From assembly GCA_030390025.1 (NCBI GenBank), contig CM059432.1, forward strand, positions 146,570,001 to 146,634,000: a stretch of DNA of 64,000 nt. Reading direction: 5' to 3'. Origin of the DNA: Squalus acanthias (taxonomy: Eukaryota). Every line of letters begins with the position of its first letter. Position 1 is the stretch's first letter. Below, piece by piece: positions 50,266 to 63,052 of the stretch. Position numbers and translations under genes: made by a program. The notes under the pieces were generated by a model. It did no database searches, was not told where the DNA came from, and was given only the letters and a program-made list of their open reading frames with translations.

Positions 50266-50944
50266 CTTGTGTCAGGATGGCCAGCACTTGTATCACCCCT
50301 TCGTGTTCGCGACACCAATTCAACCTAGTTAACGAAAGGTAGTTCAGCACCCCTGCACACTTTTATGGTTAGGTTCACAAAGACAAAAAAAAAATGCACT
50401 GATTGGGAGCCCGTTACTGGGCCTCCTGTCGCTAGATGCACACACCTGCCCGCCAGCCAGATAGTCAATCTGGCCGGTTGTCGGGAGGAACGCTGCATAA
50501 ATTTATTGAAACGAGGCCCTGCGTTGCCAGGCTTGTTGCCAGTTGCAACCTTCTCACCACCACTTCCCGGTGAAAATTGAGGCCAATAAACCCTCTTGTT
50601 TGCTTAATCAGGGATACCTGTGATGACTTATTGGGAGCTTAGCTGGCTGCTACCCCCCATGAGGGTTCCATAAAGTAATGGGAGTGGATTTGCATCTGAT
50701 TGAGGAAGTTCTTCCTCCAACAAGCCAACTGCACTTCTTTCTGCTCCTGTTCTCCTTGTTCCTGCTGTTCAAAGCTCAGTGATTCTTCCTCAATGCTCCC
50801 CTCATACGTGGCTGGGTTGTAGTATGGCAACTCTTGGAATTGTGATGTCACTTCCTGCAAGTTCTGCGGAAGATCCGTACTCTGATTGCTCTGCAATCCC
50901 GAGAAGACAAAATGAATTGTCACTTGGAAAAATATGGGTTCATA

Positions 50945-52240
50945 AGTGAAAGCCAGCTCCAATTTGTTAAAAGGCAAATCGTATATGACTGACTTGATTG
51001 AGTTCTTTGATGAGGTAGCGCAGAGGTTTGATGAGGATAGTGTGGTTGATGTTCTGTATATGGACTTTCTGAAGGCATTTGATAAGGTACCACATCATAG
51101 ATTTGTTAGCAAAATTGAAGTCCATGCAATTAAAGGGACAGTGGCAGCGTGCATATGAAATTGTCAAAGGGACAGAAAGCAGAGAGTAGTGGCGAACGGT
51201 TGCTTTTCAGACAGAAGGGAAGTAGAGGTGTCCTCCAGGGGTCGGTGTTGGGACCACTACTCTTCTTGATATATATTCATGACCTAGACTTGGGTATACA
51301 GGGCATAAATTAAAATTTTGCAGCTGACACAAAACTCGGAAAAGTAGTAAACAGAGGAGGATAGTAGCAGACTTCGGGAGGACATAGACAGGCTGGTGAA
51401 ATGGGCAGGGACATGGGAGATGAAATTTAATGCAGAGAAGTGTGAAATGATTCATTTTGGAAGGAAAAATGTGGAGCGGCAGTATAAACCAAATGGTAAA
51501 ATTTTAAACAGGGTGCAGGAATAGAGAGTCCTGGGGGTTTGCGTATACATATCTTTGAAGGTGGCAGGACAAGTTGATAAGGCTTTTATAAATGCATACG
51601 GGGTCCTTGGTTTTATGAATGGAGGCGTAGAGTACAAAAGCAAGGAAGTTATGCTAAAGATTTATAAATCACTGGTTAGGTGATTTATAAGTTGGAGTAT
51701 TGCGTGCAATTCTGGGCACCACTCTTTAGGAAGGATATCAAGGCCTTGGCGAGGGTGCAGAAGAGATTTACCAGAATGGTACCAGGGATGAGGGACTTCA
51801 GTTATGTGGAGAGACTGGAGAAGCTGGGATTGTTCTCCTTAGAGCAGAGAAGATTAAGGGGAGATTTAATAGAGACGTTCAAAATGGTGAGCGTTTTTGA
51901 TAGAGCAGATATGAGAAACTGTTTCCACTGACAGAAGGGTTGGTAACCAGAGGACACAGATTTAAGATATTTTGCAAAAGAGCCAGAGGTGAGCTGGTGA
52001 GATGAGGAGAGATTTATTTACACAGTGAGTTATGATGATTTGGAATGCACTGCCTGAAAGGGTGATGGAAGCAGATTCAATAATAACTTTCAAAAGGAAA
52101 TTGGGAAGAAAATTGCAGGGCTATGGGGAATGAGCAGGGGAGTGGGACTAATTGGATCGGTCTTTCAAAACGCCTGGACAGGCACAATAGACCAAATGGC
52201 CTCCTTATGTGCTGTAAGATTCAATGATTATGATTCTAAG
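50945..52240 (+). mobile_element. Older CR1 RT to 3' end
   Basis: [31 protein letters not shown]; 3' UTR. Confidence 0.9.
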
Positions 52241-52719
52241 ACATAAAGAGGGACTAATTAATAGATAGGTGCATATGTACTAATAATTTTCACCATCACT
52301 GCTATCTGCATGGGAAGGTCCTGAAAGTTGACATATTCAAACACGTTGACCAGGACCGGGAGGGAAGGAAAGAGAGCAACGAGCCCTCGGTGGGGGCATA
52401 TCCACTTCATCGTCTCCTGCTATCTTTCTTAACTTGCCTTGCTGGAGTTTTAATGCCATTTCCTCCAATGGGGTGATTCCTCCAGAATCTTTAGCTGCCT
52501 TCTGTTAAATGCCACCTTCTCCTTCAAAGACATAGAAAGACTTTCAGGACTTACTGCAGCGTCATTACCCCTTGAAAAATTACCAGGGCATTTTCCCTTT
52601 TCATTAAGAAGTATCTGCTGTTCCTGTGAAGTTGGTGCTCATTAGATCCTCGTCAATGCTTGTGTAGAGCGATTTGTGGCTTGTGATCCAGTAGTTAATC
52701 CTTACTGTGCAGGAGACTG

Positions 52720-52940
52720 CACCATCGTTACATGATGCTATTCTAACTAACTTTGGCATTGCTCTCTTGTTCTTGGCATGGTGCATCTCCTGTTAATGAC
52801 CTCAGCCACCTCTTGCCAGGTCCTAAGTTCGACCGTGATCAGAACCTTCTTTCCACGGTGGTGTAATAGGGCATCCCTACTCTGCCCTTCTATTCAACAA
52901 CTGTTCAGTGACCTTGTATCAAAACAATATGCCCTTATGT
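52720..52940 (-). pseudogene. Old Myb/SANT exon relic (Harbinger-type)
   Basis: Reverse strand TWQEVAEVINRRCTMPRTREQCQ. Confidence 0.55.
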
Positions 52941-53125
52941 GACCAATCCTCTTTACTGGCATGCTGATAGAGTCCAAGCGTTTTTTCTACTTGCCACATA
53001 ATCTTGTTCCTTTTCATTATTTTATGGCAAAAACACTTCACAGAATCACTCTGGGATATTTGGCTAAACATTGTAGGCTTCCACACTGCTCACCCAGGCT
53101 CAAGCTTCCCTTTTTGATCCAGTGT

Positions 53126-53592
53126 CAGCTGTGGCTCAGTGGGTAGCACCCTCGCCTCTGAGTCAGAAGGTTGTGGGTTCAAGCCCACTCCAGGGACTCG
53201 AAGCACATAAATAAAGCTAGGCTGACACTCTGGTGCAGTGCTGAGGGAGTGCTGCACTGTCAGAGATGCTGTCATTCGGATGAGATGTTAAACCGAGGCC
53301 CCGTCTGCTCTCTCAGGTGGATGTAAAAGATCTCATGGCACTATTTCGAAGAAGAGCAGGGGAGTTAGCCCCGGTGTCCTGGCCAATATTTATCCCTCAA
53401 TCAACATAACAAAAACAGATTATCTGGTCATTATCACATTGCTCTTTGTGGGACCTTGCTGTGTGCAAATTGGCTGCTGCATTTACCACATTACAACAGT
53501 GACTCCACTTCAAAAGTGCTTCATTGGCTGAAGCGCTTTGAGGCGTCCGGTCGTGAAAGGCGCTATATAAATGCAAGTCTTTCTTTCTTCTT
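53126..53592 (+). mobile_element. SacSINE1-like DeuSINE, full length
   Basis: tRNA head (TGGCTCAGTGG, GGTTCAAGCCC), Deu-domain (GTTAAACCGAGGCCCCGTCTG...GGCCAATATTTATCCCTCAA), tail GGCGCTATATAAATGCAAGTCTTTC. Confidence 0.9.
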
Positions 53593-53796
53593 TCATAGGT
53601 TCTCCCAAAGCCCTAAGATGCTCCAGCCCCTTTAAACAGTCACAGGTCCTGCAGCAGTACTTCAATTTCCTGTGCCTTCATGACTGTGCCCAATTAGGAG
53701 GTCATAATGCCCATGACATGCAAATTAGTCCTGAGGAAAAAAATCGGGGTGCTAAGGAGTAACGTTAGGCGCACTGCTAATCCAGTGTACTGTGAA

Positions 53797-54225
53797 AGAA
53801 AAAGAAAGACTTGTGCACTTATATACAGTGCCTTTCACGACCTCAGGACGTCCCAAAGCGCTTTACAGCAAAGAAGTACTTTTGAAGTGGAGTCCCTGTT
53901 GTAATGTAGGAAACGCAGCAGCCAATTTGTGCACAGCAAGCTCCCACAAACAGCATTGTGATGAAGACCAGATCATCTGTTTTTAGGTGTTGGTTAAGGG
54001 ATAAATGTTGGCCAGGACACCGTGGAGAACTCCCCTGATCTTCTTTGAAATAGTGCCATGGGATCCTTTACACCTGCCTGAGAGGACAGACGGGGCCTCG
54101 GTTTAACGTCTCATCCAAAGGACGGCACCTCCAACAGTGCGGCACTCCCTCAGCACTGCACTGGAGTGTTAGCCTGGATTTTGCGCTTAATTCTCTGGAG
54201 TGGGACTTGAACCCACAACCTTCTT
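53797..54225 (-). mobile_element. SacSINE1-like DeuSINE
   Basis: Reverse complement of 53165-53590. Confidence 0.9.
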
Positions 54226-54387
54226 AGGCGCTGTGCAGTAATATCAGCCCTTTAGTGTCAACTGGCTACTCAACCATGGTGGGGCATCAAGGCTAAGCCC
54301 AATCCTGCTCTCAGTGACATCAACACACTCATAGGGGGGAATTTTAATCCCCAAAAACAGGTGGGTTGGGGTCGGGTAGGGGGTTAA

Positions 54388-54811
54388 AAAAAGAAAAGAC
54401 TTGCATTTCTATAGCGCCTTTCACGACCTCAGGGTGTCCCAAAGCGCTTTACAGCTCATGAAGTACTTTTGAAGTCGAGTCACTGTTGTAATGTAGGAAA
54501 TGCGGCAGCCAATTTGCTCACAGTAAGTCCCACAAACAGCAATGTGATAAATGGCCAGATCATCTGTTTTTTCTGTTATGTTGATTGAGGGATAAATATT
54601 GGTCAGGAGAACTCCCCTGCTCTCCTTCGAAATAGTGGCCGTGGAATGTTTTACATCCACCCAAGAGGGCAGACGGGGCCTCGGTTTAACGTCTCATCTG
54701 AAAGACGGCACCTCCGACAGTGCAGCACTCCCTCAGCACTGCACTGGAGTGCGACTTGAACCCACAACCTTCTGACTCAGAGGCAAGGGTGCTGCCCACT
54801 GAGCCACAGCT
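54388..54811 (-). mobile_element. SacSINE1-like DeuSINE, inserted in a MITE-like remnant (~54333-55028)
   Basis: Reverse complement of 53126-53590 with a small internal deletion. Confidence 0.9.
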
Positions 54812-55934
54812 AATGCTTTAAAAGTGTTAAAAAAACTGAAACTCAACTCCAACCCGCCTCCCCCCACCCCATCCCTCATTCCCTCCTCTCTGCAACCTGG
54901 TGCCACAGGCCTATCCGCCCGCCAGCCAGCCAGTTAAATTCGGCGGGGCCTGCGGGAAACCTGTTCCCCTGGGTTTGCCGAACACGTTCCAGCCGCCCCT
55001 CCCCCGCCTCCAAATAAAAATTGTGGCCACGGGCGGCAGCAGCAATCATGACCGCGAACTCTCAGTGAGTGCTGCCTTCTGCCTTACTGTAAGACACAAA
55101 AGCTAATTCTAGCCAGCATTCCCCCCCCCCCACCCCGATCCCCTGCACCCCCCGCCCCCCCCCCCCCGTCCTTCCCTTCTCCCGGCTGAAGTTTCAAAGG
55201 AAATTATTAGGTTGAAGCTCAGTTAAGAAGATGAGGACAGAATGAGGTGGGAGGACAGATGACCCTGATAAGAAATTGAGACATTTCCAACTGATATGGG
55301 CCCTCAGTTCATAACCTCTCTGCTGCCTTTCCAACATCAAAGGATAAAAAAGCCCTAATCATTATATTTTGCATCAGATGCAGAATAATTATAAAGCGCT
55401 TTTGTTCCAATTGAAGTGAATGGGAAATGGCATTGCCACTTGATGATGCCACTGGCATATTGCAGCTGTTTCGAAGGCCTTCGGAGCTGCTGCAGGCCTA
55501 ATTAAAACATATTAGTTTTCCCATATAAACCGATCTGAGGATGAGGCTGCAGCTGTTTGTGTAACTGATTCCATTAAGCCCTGTACTAAGGAAATACTTT
55601 GTCATAACAGAGGGATCAAAGACCCGCAGTAACACAGTGATTTGTTAGTGGGCGTGATTAATCAATTATAAGTTATCCATCAGTGGAAATATCACATCAT
55701 TCCCAGATGAGGCTGGTGTCCTTCTTACCGCCCATTGCAATGCCGCCTTTTGTATTTTGCAGATGATATATAATCAGTTGTGCCACAACTTTCAATAAAA
55801 TGGCATCTCAAGATGCAGAGAGTCAGAGGTCAGGGAAAAGATTCAGCTGTGAATGGAGAAATAGGCTAAAATGAAACTTTGATTGTGCATATAGCTCTAA
55901 GGGAAAGAAGGTGCTGACCCTTCTTTTCTGCCTT

Positions 55935-56053
55935 TCAATTACAACAGTGACTCCACTTCAAAAGTTCTTCATTGACTGTAAAGCGCTTTGAGACGTCCGG
56001 TGGCCGTGAAAGGCGCTATATAAATGCAAGTCTTTCTTTCTTCTTTCTTTCTT
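55935..56053 (+). mobile_element. DeuSINE/L2-type 3' tail fragment
   Basis: Matches 53490-53592. Confidence 0.85.
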
Positions 56054-56487
56054 TGGAGCTTCTATCTCTCTGTGTCATTCTTTCTTAGCTTCTTGTTCAC
56101 GTCTTCATTGTTACTTTTTTCTTTCAGCCTCGCATTTCTTAAGCCTTCTGCATCATTCTATTTTTTGGTTCTTGATAGTCATGTTTTTATCCGCCCTCCA
56201 CCTCCCCGCACCCCCCTCCCCCCCCACTCCATAATTTCTCTCTCCTTTGACTGTAACCCTTACTTTAAATTTCCATTGCTCCTCCATTCAAAATCACTCC
56301 ATTTGATCGCCCTTTCGTTAACTTTCTTTTATGTGGTGTTTTCCCTGAGTCTGCCCTGCTCACGAGTTCCAGTGCTTCCTCAGCTCATCGGTACCTTCAG
56401 TGAGCAGGAACACCCGGGTGCAGAGCATTCCTCTTTCAAAGTCTTACAGGAGTCAGCTTTGGGCATTGACTGTTTCCATTTTGTTGG

Positions 56488-56578
56488 CACCACCTTCTCG
56501 AGGGCAGTTAGGGATGGGCAATAAATGTTGGCCTTGCCAGCGACGCCCACATCCCAGGAACAAATATTTAAAAAAAAA
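56488..56578 (+). mobile_element. 3' tip of second CR1-group LINE
   Basis: Matches 45050-45132. Confidence 0.8.
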
Positions 56579-57742
56579 CACGGTATGGAAAATCAGGTAA
56601 AATGTCAGTTTTTGGGGGAGGGGGCAGCACGAGATCCGAACAATTCCTGTTAGGTCAGAATGACAGATTGTTCATCTTGCACGAGCCAATGTGGAATTTA
56701 CAGATGCAGCAGAATAAAAGCTGTACTTGAGCCTTTTACAATTTAACGTCACCTTTTTGAAGTAATTTGCAAGCACGGATCCATGCAGTGGCCTGGTCGT
56801 GCTCTCTGGATGACGGAGCGAAAAGTCCTAGCTGGCATACTAAATAATATTTGCAGCTATTGCACTATTTCAAAAATGCAAATTCTGCTGTAAAACTGTA
56901 AAACTTGGTGAGGAATCGGTAGATATTAAACCTGTTTCCCATTTATTTGCATATTTCTGTGGCTTTTTCCTGCGGACGTAACTGTGAATTCAATTTACTC
57001 TGAAATGAAATAGTGAACATTTAATACTTTGTAGAAGCCAAGTCACTTAAGGGAATGTCAACAGATAACCAGTGTGCTTATTAGGTTTGTGTGGGCGTTT
57101 GATAAATGTTTCTATTGCATTGCTAATGGAGTTGTATCATAAATGAAAGATTTATCACAAATCAAACAGCAGTTTGGCTGTAACCCTTGTTAGTCTTTGT
57201 TTACAGCCACCAAATTAATTTTAACCACTTCGCTAACCCAATGCAAAGCTTAATATCATTAAGTGCATTTACTAAAGCAAATTACATTTATATAGCACAT
57301 CTAATGTTATACATGCCCCCAGTTGTTTTATGCGTTTGAACAAACACCAAATAAGAGTACGGACTAATGGCTGAAGGCAAAGTTGAGGAGCTAGGCTTTT
57401 CAAGGTGGGGAGAGGGGTAGAAAGTGTTATGTACTATCTCCAAATATGTTACAATAGTAGGATATTAATTAACTAATAATAACCCAGTATAGACCAGCTC
57501 TCTAAATATTTAGAAAAAGGGCACCTGCGAAACTGAGGAGGCAGAGAAACATAGAGCAATATTCCTTTATATATGTATTGCTCATTCAATTACATATATG
57601 ACAGTGACATTTGTTTCACTAATTGATAATCAGTGAATCTCATGATAGCACTGGTTTAATCTGACGAGAAGCCTTCTTTCTTTCTTTGTGCTCTTCGCCC
57701 CTCAGGCTACAGCACGGTATTTGGATGATTCTTCCTTTAAGA

Positions 57743-58890
57743 GAAATAAAAACAAAAAATGCTGGAAATACTCAGCAGGTCTGTGGAGAGAGAAACAGAG
57801 TTAACGGGCGTGATCTCGCCGGCCCTGGGGAGGCGGGTTTGGAGGCGGGACTGCCGGGAAAATGGCAGAAACCGGGGGCGGGTGCCCAACCCGCCCCCAA
57901 CCCGCCTCCATGCCATCTTCCCAGGAGGCGGGTAGCCGACCCGCGCCAGGTCCCGTCTCCTGGAGGCGGGAAGGGGATTACAGCCACTTAACTGCCTGTT
58001 AACAGGTAGTTAAGAGGATTATCCCCATTTTGCCACCAGAGGTGTGGGCTTCCCGACGTCGGTAAACCTCGCCAGGGTCACCGAGGCGAGCAGTGGGTCT
58101 GCGGGGGTTGGAGGGGTGCAAAAGTGCACTGTGAAGGTAAGTGATGGGTGCAAGTGTGGAGAGGTGAGTATGTGAGGTAAGTGGAAAGTGTTAGAAAAAG
58201 TTTACTTACCTTTTGTTTCTTCCTGCAGGCTTCAAGAGTTGGGTATGCGGAGAGTCTCCGATGCAACAATCATCTGATTTCTGTTCACAAAAGAGGTTTG
58301 ATGAGTCTTGAATACAAGGACTCATCAAACAATATAGAATGTCAGTGTTTGACAGCTTCACAGAGCTGTCAAACGATGACAATTCATCTGTCAAAAATTT
58401 TTGACAGATGAAACGTCGTACGCTGACGTTCTCTGTAACCGGCTTCCCCTTAATTGGCCTGCTAGGCCCGCTGGGTGAGCTTAACAAGGTCAATCAAGGC
58501 AAAATAGCGTGGGTTGGCCAGGAGTCGATGGAGGCGGGACTAAAACCCGACAAGTGGGAGCCCCGCCTCCAAAAGCTCCCCATTGGCAAAATCCAGCCCA
58601 ACGTTTCAGGTCGATGACCTTTCGTCAGAACTGGAAAAAGTCGAGATGTAACAGGTTTTAAGCTGGTGCAGAGGCCGGGAAAGGCAGGGGGAGAACAACA
58701 TGGAAGGTCTGTGATAGGTTGGAAGGCAGGAGAGATTACATGATGAAAGGGATGATGGTGCGAGGTGAAAGAGGATACTAATGAGACAAGTAAAGAAACA
58801 AAAGATGGGTCTAGAGGAGGTGCAAATGGGAATATCAGAATCATCAGCAACAGCTGCTGTCGGAAAAAACGGGGGCATAGGTTATGATTC
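57743..58890 (-). mobile_element. Penelope pLTR (inverted relative to the adjacent ORF), interrupted by MITE B copy 3
   Basis: 57743-57805 plus 58600-58890 reconstitute the reverse complement of the 5190-5535 sequence, including the hammerhead. Confidence 0.85.
57806..58599 (+). mobile_element. MITE family B, copy 3
   Basis: Exact AAC TSD (57803-57805, 58600-58602); TIRs GGGCGTGATCTCGCC / GGCAAAATCCAGCCC. Confidence 0.92.
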
Positions 58891-58959
58891 TTTAAAATGT
58901 CTGGAGTTTGGCTCTTTTCTATTTCAATAGTTAGTTATGTTTATATCCAATTTGTTAAT

Positions 58960-60495
58960 TACAAAGACTGTCACTGACCTCATCTCCTCTGGTGATCTTC
59001 CCTCCACGGCCGTCAGCAGCACAGTCCCCCAACCCTGCACAGCCCGCTTCTACCTCCTTCCCTGGTAGACCCATCGTTTCAGCCTCTTCTTGCCCCACAG
59101 AACTGATTTTTTCCTATCTCGACTCTATTTTTTCTCCCCTTGTCCAGTCTCTTCCCACCTACATCTGCAACTCTTCCAATGCCTCCGCCACTTTAACAGT
59201 TTACAGTTTCCTGACCCCAACTATCTCCTTTTCACTATGGACGTCCAATCCCTCTTCACCTCCATCCCCCACCAGGATGGCCTGAGGGCGCTCCACTTCT
59301 TCCTTGAACAGAGGTCCAACCAGTCCCCATCCACCACCACCCTCCTCCGCCTGGCTGAACTTGTTCTCACATTGAACAACTTCTCCTCTGACTCCACTCA
59401 CTTCCTCCAAATAAAAGGCGTTGCTATGGGAACCTGCATGGGTCCCAGCTATGCCTGCCTTTTTTGGGGATATGTGGAACATTCTTTGTTCCAGTCCTAC
59501 TCAGGTCCCCTCCCTCACCTCTTTTTCTGGTACATTGATGACTGTATTGGTGCTGTTTCCCTCTCGCCCTGAACTAGAAAATTTCATTCACTTTGCTTCC
59601 AATTTCCATCCTTCCCTCACCTTCATATGGTCCATCTCCGATTCTTCCCTTCCCTTCCTCGACTTCTCTGTCTCCATCTCTGGGATTGGCTATCGACAAA
59701 CATTCACTACAAGCCCACTGACTCCCACAGCTACCTGGACTACACTTCCTCCCACCCCGCTTCCTGTAAGGACTCTATTCCATTCTCCCAGTTTCTCCAT
59801 CTCTGCCACATCTGTTCTGACGATGCCACCTTCCATACTAGTGCTTCCGACATGCCTTCCTTTTTCGTCAACCGAGGATTCCCCTCTACCGTGGTTGGCA
59901 GGGCCCTCGACCGTGTCAGTTCCATTTCCCGCACTTCTGCTCTCACCCCTTCCCCTCCCTCCCAGAACCACAATAGGGTTCCCCTTGTCCTTCCACCCCA
60001 CCAGCCTCCACATTCAATGGATCGTCCTCTACCATTTCCCCCACCTCAGCGTGATCCCACCATCAAAAACATCTTCCCCTCCCCTTTCAGCATTCCAAAG
60101 GGACTGCTCCCTCCACGACACCCTGGTCCACTGCTAAACCACCGGCAACACCCCCTCTCCTTCCCATGGCACCTTCCTGTGCAAGCGCAGGAGATGCAAC
60201 ACCTGCCCTTTTACCTCCTCCCTTCCCACAGTCCAGGGCCCCAAACACTCCTTCCAGGTGAAACAGCGATTTACTTGTACTTCTTGCAATTTAGTATACT
60301 GTATTCGCTGCTCACGATGCGGTCTCCTCTACATTGGGGAGACCAAACATAGATTGAGTGACCGCTTTGCGGAACACCTCCATTCAGTCCGTAATCATGA
60401 CCCCGATCTTCTGGTCGCCTGTCACTTTAATTCTCCCCTCCACTCCCACTCAGACCTCACCGTCCTCGGCCTCTTACACTGTTCCAATGAAGCAT
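58960..60495 (+). mobile_element. Penelope-like element (Neptune type) RT plus GIY-YIG endonuclease, frame-shifted
   Basis: GRPIVS, TMDVQSLFTSIPH, QIKGVAMGT, YIDD, LPFLD, YKPTD; CKRRRCNTC linker; VYCIRCSRCGLLYIGETK.RL..RF.EH. Confidence 0.93.
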
Positions 60496-60800
60496 GAATG
60501 CACAAATTGGAATTATTAATGAATAAAATCTCCGAAGTGGAAATTTGGATGACAAGAATCTACAAATTGAAATTGCTTACAACATGAATCCACAATCTGG
60601 AAAAACTTACGATAAGCATTAACAAATTGGAAATAATAATGACAAGTATTCACCAACTGGAACTGTTAATAACTAGAATCTACAAACTGGAAATAGTAAT
60701 GATACAAATCCACATACTGGTAATACTGGAGACAAGAATCCACAAATTCGAAATGCTAATGACAAGAATCCAGTAACTGGAGATACCATCAAGCAGATTC
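60495..60800. repeat. Degenerate 30-bp minisatellite, left part (~10 units)
   Basis: Consensus approximately GACAAGAATCCACAAACTGGAAATACTAAT. Confidence 0.85.
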
Positions 60801-60803
60801 TAC

Positions 60804-62891
60804 GGCTGGGATTTTACTAACCTCGGTGGGTCCATGGCGGGCGATGTCGGTGGTGGGTCACGACCCCACTGCTGGCTCAATCCCGCACTGTGAAATGAAT
60901 TTCCCTCGATGGGGCTTGTTAAGCCCGCCCAGCACGTTTCCCAGCCAATGAGAGGAAGCGGGTCTGGTGACGTCAGACCCGAAATCGGGAAAGTCCGGTG
61001 TCCGTGTTGTGACAGTGGGTTCATGACCCGCTGTCAATCATTTTAAATTTAACAGCTAACCCGCCACCCATCCTGTCCACTGAGCGCTGGCAAAATTCCG
61101 GCCAAACGCTCTATCCAGTGTCACCTCATTGAAACAACCTCTCTCACCATTGACAGAATGCTTCTGTCATCTCAACTTCACCTGCCATCTATTCCATCAA
61201 CATGGGTGCCCTTTATACTCTCTCATCTTGGTCCTCAGAATCCCAACACCAGCAGTGACAGGCACACCAGCAGTACCAACAACAACACCAAACTTCTCCG
61301 CAATCAACTGATGCTGCACTGGACACAGGGCATCAGCACCCGACCACATTGCTGCCCAGGATGCCAGGGATGGCCACACCATGGCCAGATTTACTTCATT
61401 TGACGCTGTACACCCTGGATGCCACATGATGCACCAGATTGGCACCACCCCACACCAACACCATAAAGCATCCCTACTAGCCATTCCTTTCACACTCATC
61501 ACCATTGCGGGGGCGGGGGGGGGGGGTGGGGGGCGGTGGGGGTACCGTTATGTCTCAACATTCACTGCAACTCACTAAGCCACTTCCAAAGGAGCACACA
61601 AATCTGTCCAAGAAGTGTTGAAAATAAAGATTTCAATGTTTGACAGCACTTTAACAGAAACTTCACATGAACATTGGCTAAAACATCCAAGCGCCTACCC
61701 TTGTGTGTTGTTAGTTGGTATGATTGCACTAGGATGAGGGTGAGTGTGAGGGGTGGCTAGTGAGATGGGGAAGTGATAATGTAGATAGAGAGGGATGGGT
61801 GGAGGTGCAAGGTAAGTTGGTGTGAGTAAGGATGTGCAGGAGTAGGGTAGGGAAGGCAGAGTGATGGGGATGTGATGAGTGGCACAGCAGGATGAGGTTG
61901 AGTGCGGCTTTGCAGTAACGTTTCATGATCTACTGAGATCATTGAAAGGTTTGTGCCACTGCAGCCAGGTCCTCCTGACCACATCCCTGCTTGTGCCCTC
62001 CTCTGCAATTTGCAACCAGGCTGCATTGGTGTCCTGGGGAGGTCTCTTCCACCCATGGGAAGGGAAGAGAAGCTCCCTGTGTGCTGTGACTCCCTTGATA
62101 AGCATATGGAGGGAGTCATGGGAGAACCTTGGTGCAGCCGTGAACCTCTGTGCAGTGATTGTCAGTGTTTGCAACACCTCAATGCTGTAGAACACTGACT
62201 GCACAAATGTCAAAATTAAATTTGCGCGTGGTCCCTTTAAGTAAACCGGCTGATGACACGTCATAAATGATGTCACCAGACCTGCTTCCTTCAATTGGCC
62301 AGGAAATTCGCTGGGCGGGCTTAACAAGCCCAATCATCAGAAAATCATTTCGGAGGCCGGGATGGAGCCAGCAGCGGGGCCAAGACCCGCCACCGACATC
62401 GCCAGCCACGGACCTGCCGAGGTAGGGTAAATCACACCCTTTGCTCCAAACACTTGCAACCTGCGTAAAGCTCAATCTGTGTTCCAAATGCAATAAGCAA
62501 CAGCTTCTGAGCTTGGAAAGTGAACAGCTGTGGGGTGGGAGCTTTTTCAGCAGATTTCAAGCTGTCAAGTAATCAGCTGATTCAATGGCCATTCATCTCC
62601 CGCCTCAGCTTAACAGACGTGACCTCTGAGCAGCGAGGCCCCAGTCAGCGAGCTCGCAAAGTCAAAAGGTGAGCTAAAATGTGTTGTTAATGATGTCTAA
62701 ACAAGGACATATTGAGCTTAATTGGGTCTCCCGCCGCTGCGTGTCGGGTCTGCTCAATGCTGACAGACCCGACATTGGGAAAGGCGCGTGGCAGCGGTTT
62801 CACAGTGGGGTCCCGACCCGCTGTGAAAAAAAACACATTCCCACCCGACCTGCCACCGATCACGCCCGCTGACCCCCTCAAAATTCCGGCC
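60804..62891. mobile_element. Rearranged Harbinger composite: 300-bp mini-element (60804-61103), inverted Myb-bearing body (61104-62439), right end (62440-62891)
   Basis: Segments match copies at 2038-3796 and 27926-29708; Myb frame in ORF 61923-62333 (-). Confidence 0.85.
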
Positions 62892-63052
62892 GATGAACTG
62901 AAAATATAAATGACAAGATTGCACACATTGGAAATAATATTGAAAAAAGTACTCGCAGTGGAAATACTAAAGACAAGAATCCACAAACGGGAAATACTGA
63001 CAAGTATTCACAAACTGGAAATACTAATAACAAGAATCCACAAATTGGAAAT
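62892..63052. repeat. Degenerate 30-bp minisatellite, right part (~5 units)
   Basis: Same unit as 60495-60800. Confidence 0.85.

Noticed and set aside
53126..53200. tRNA gene
   Set aside because: It is the tRNA-derived head of a SINE, continuing into the Deu-domain and tail.
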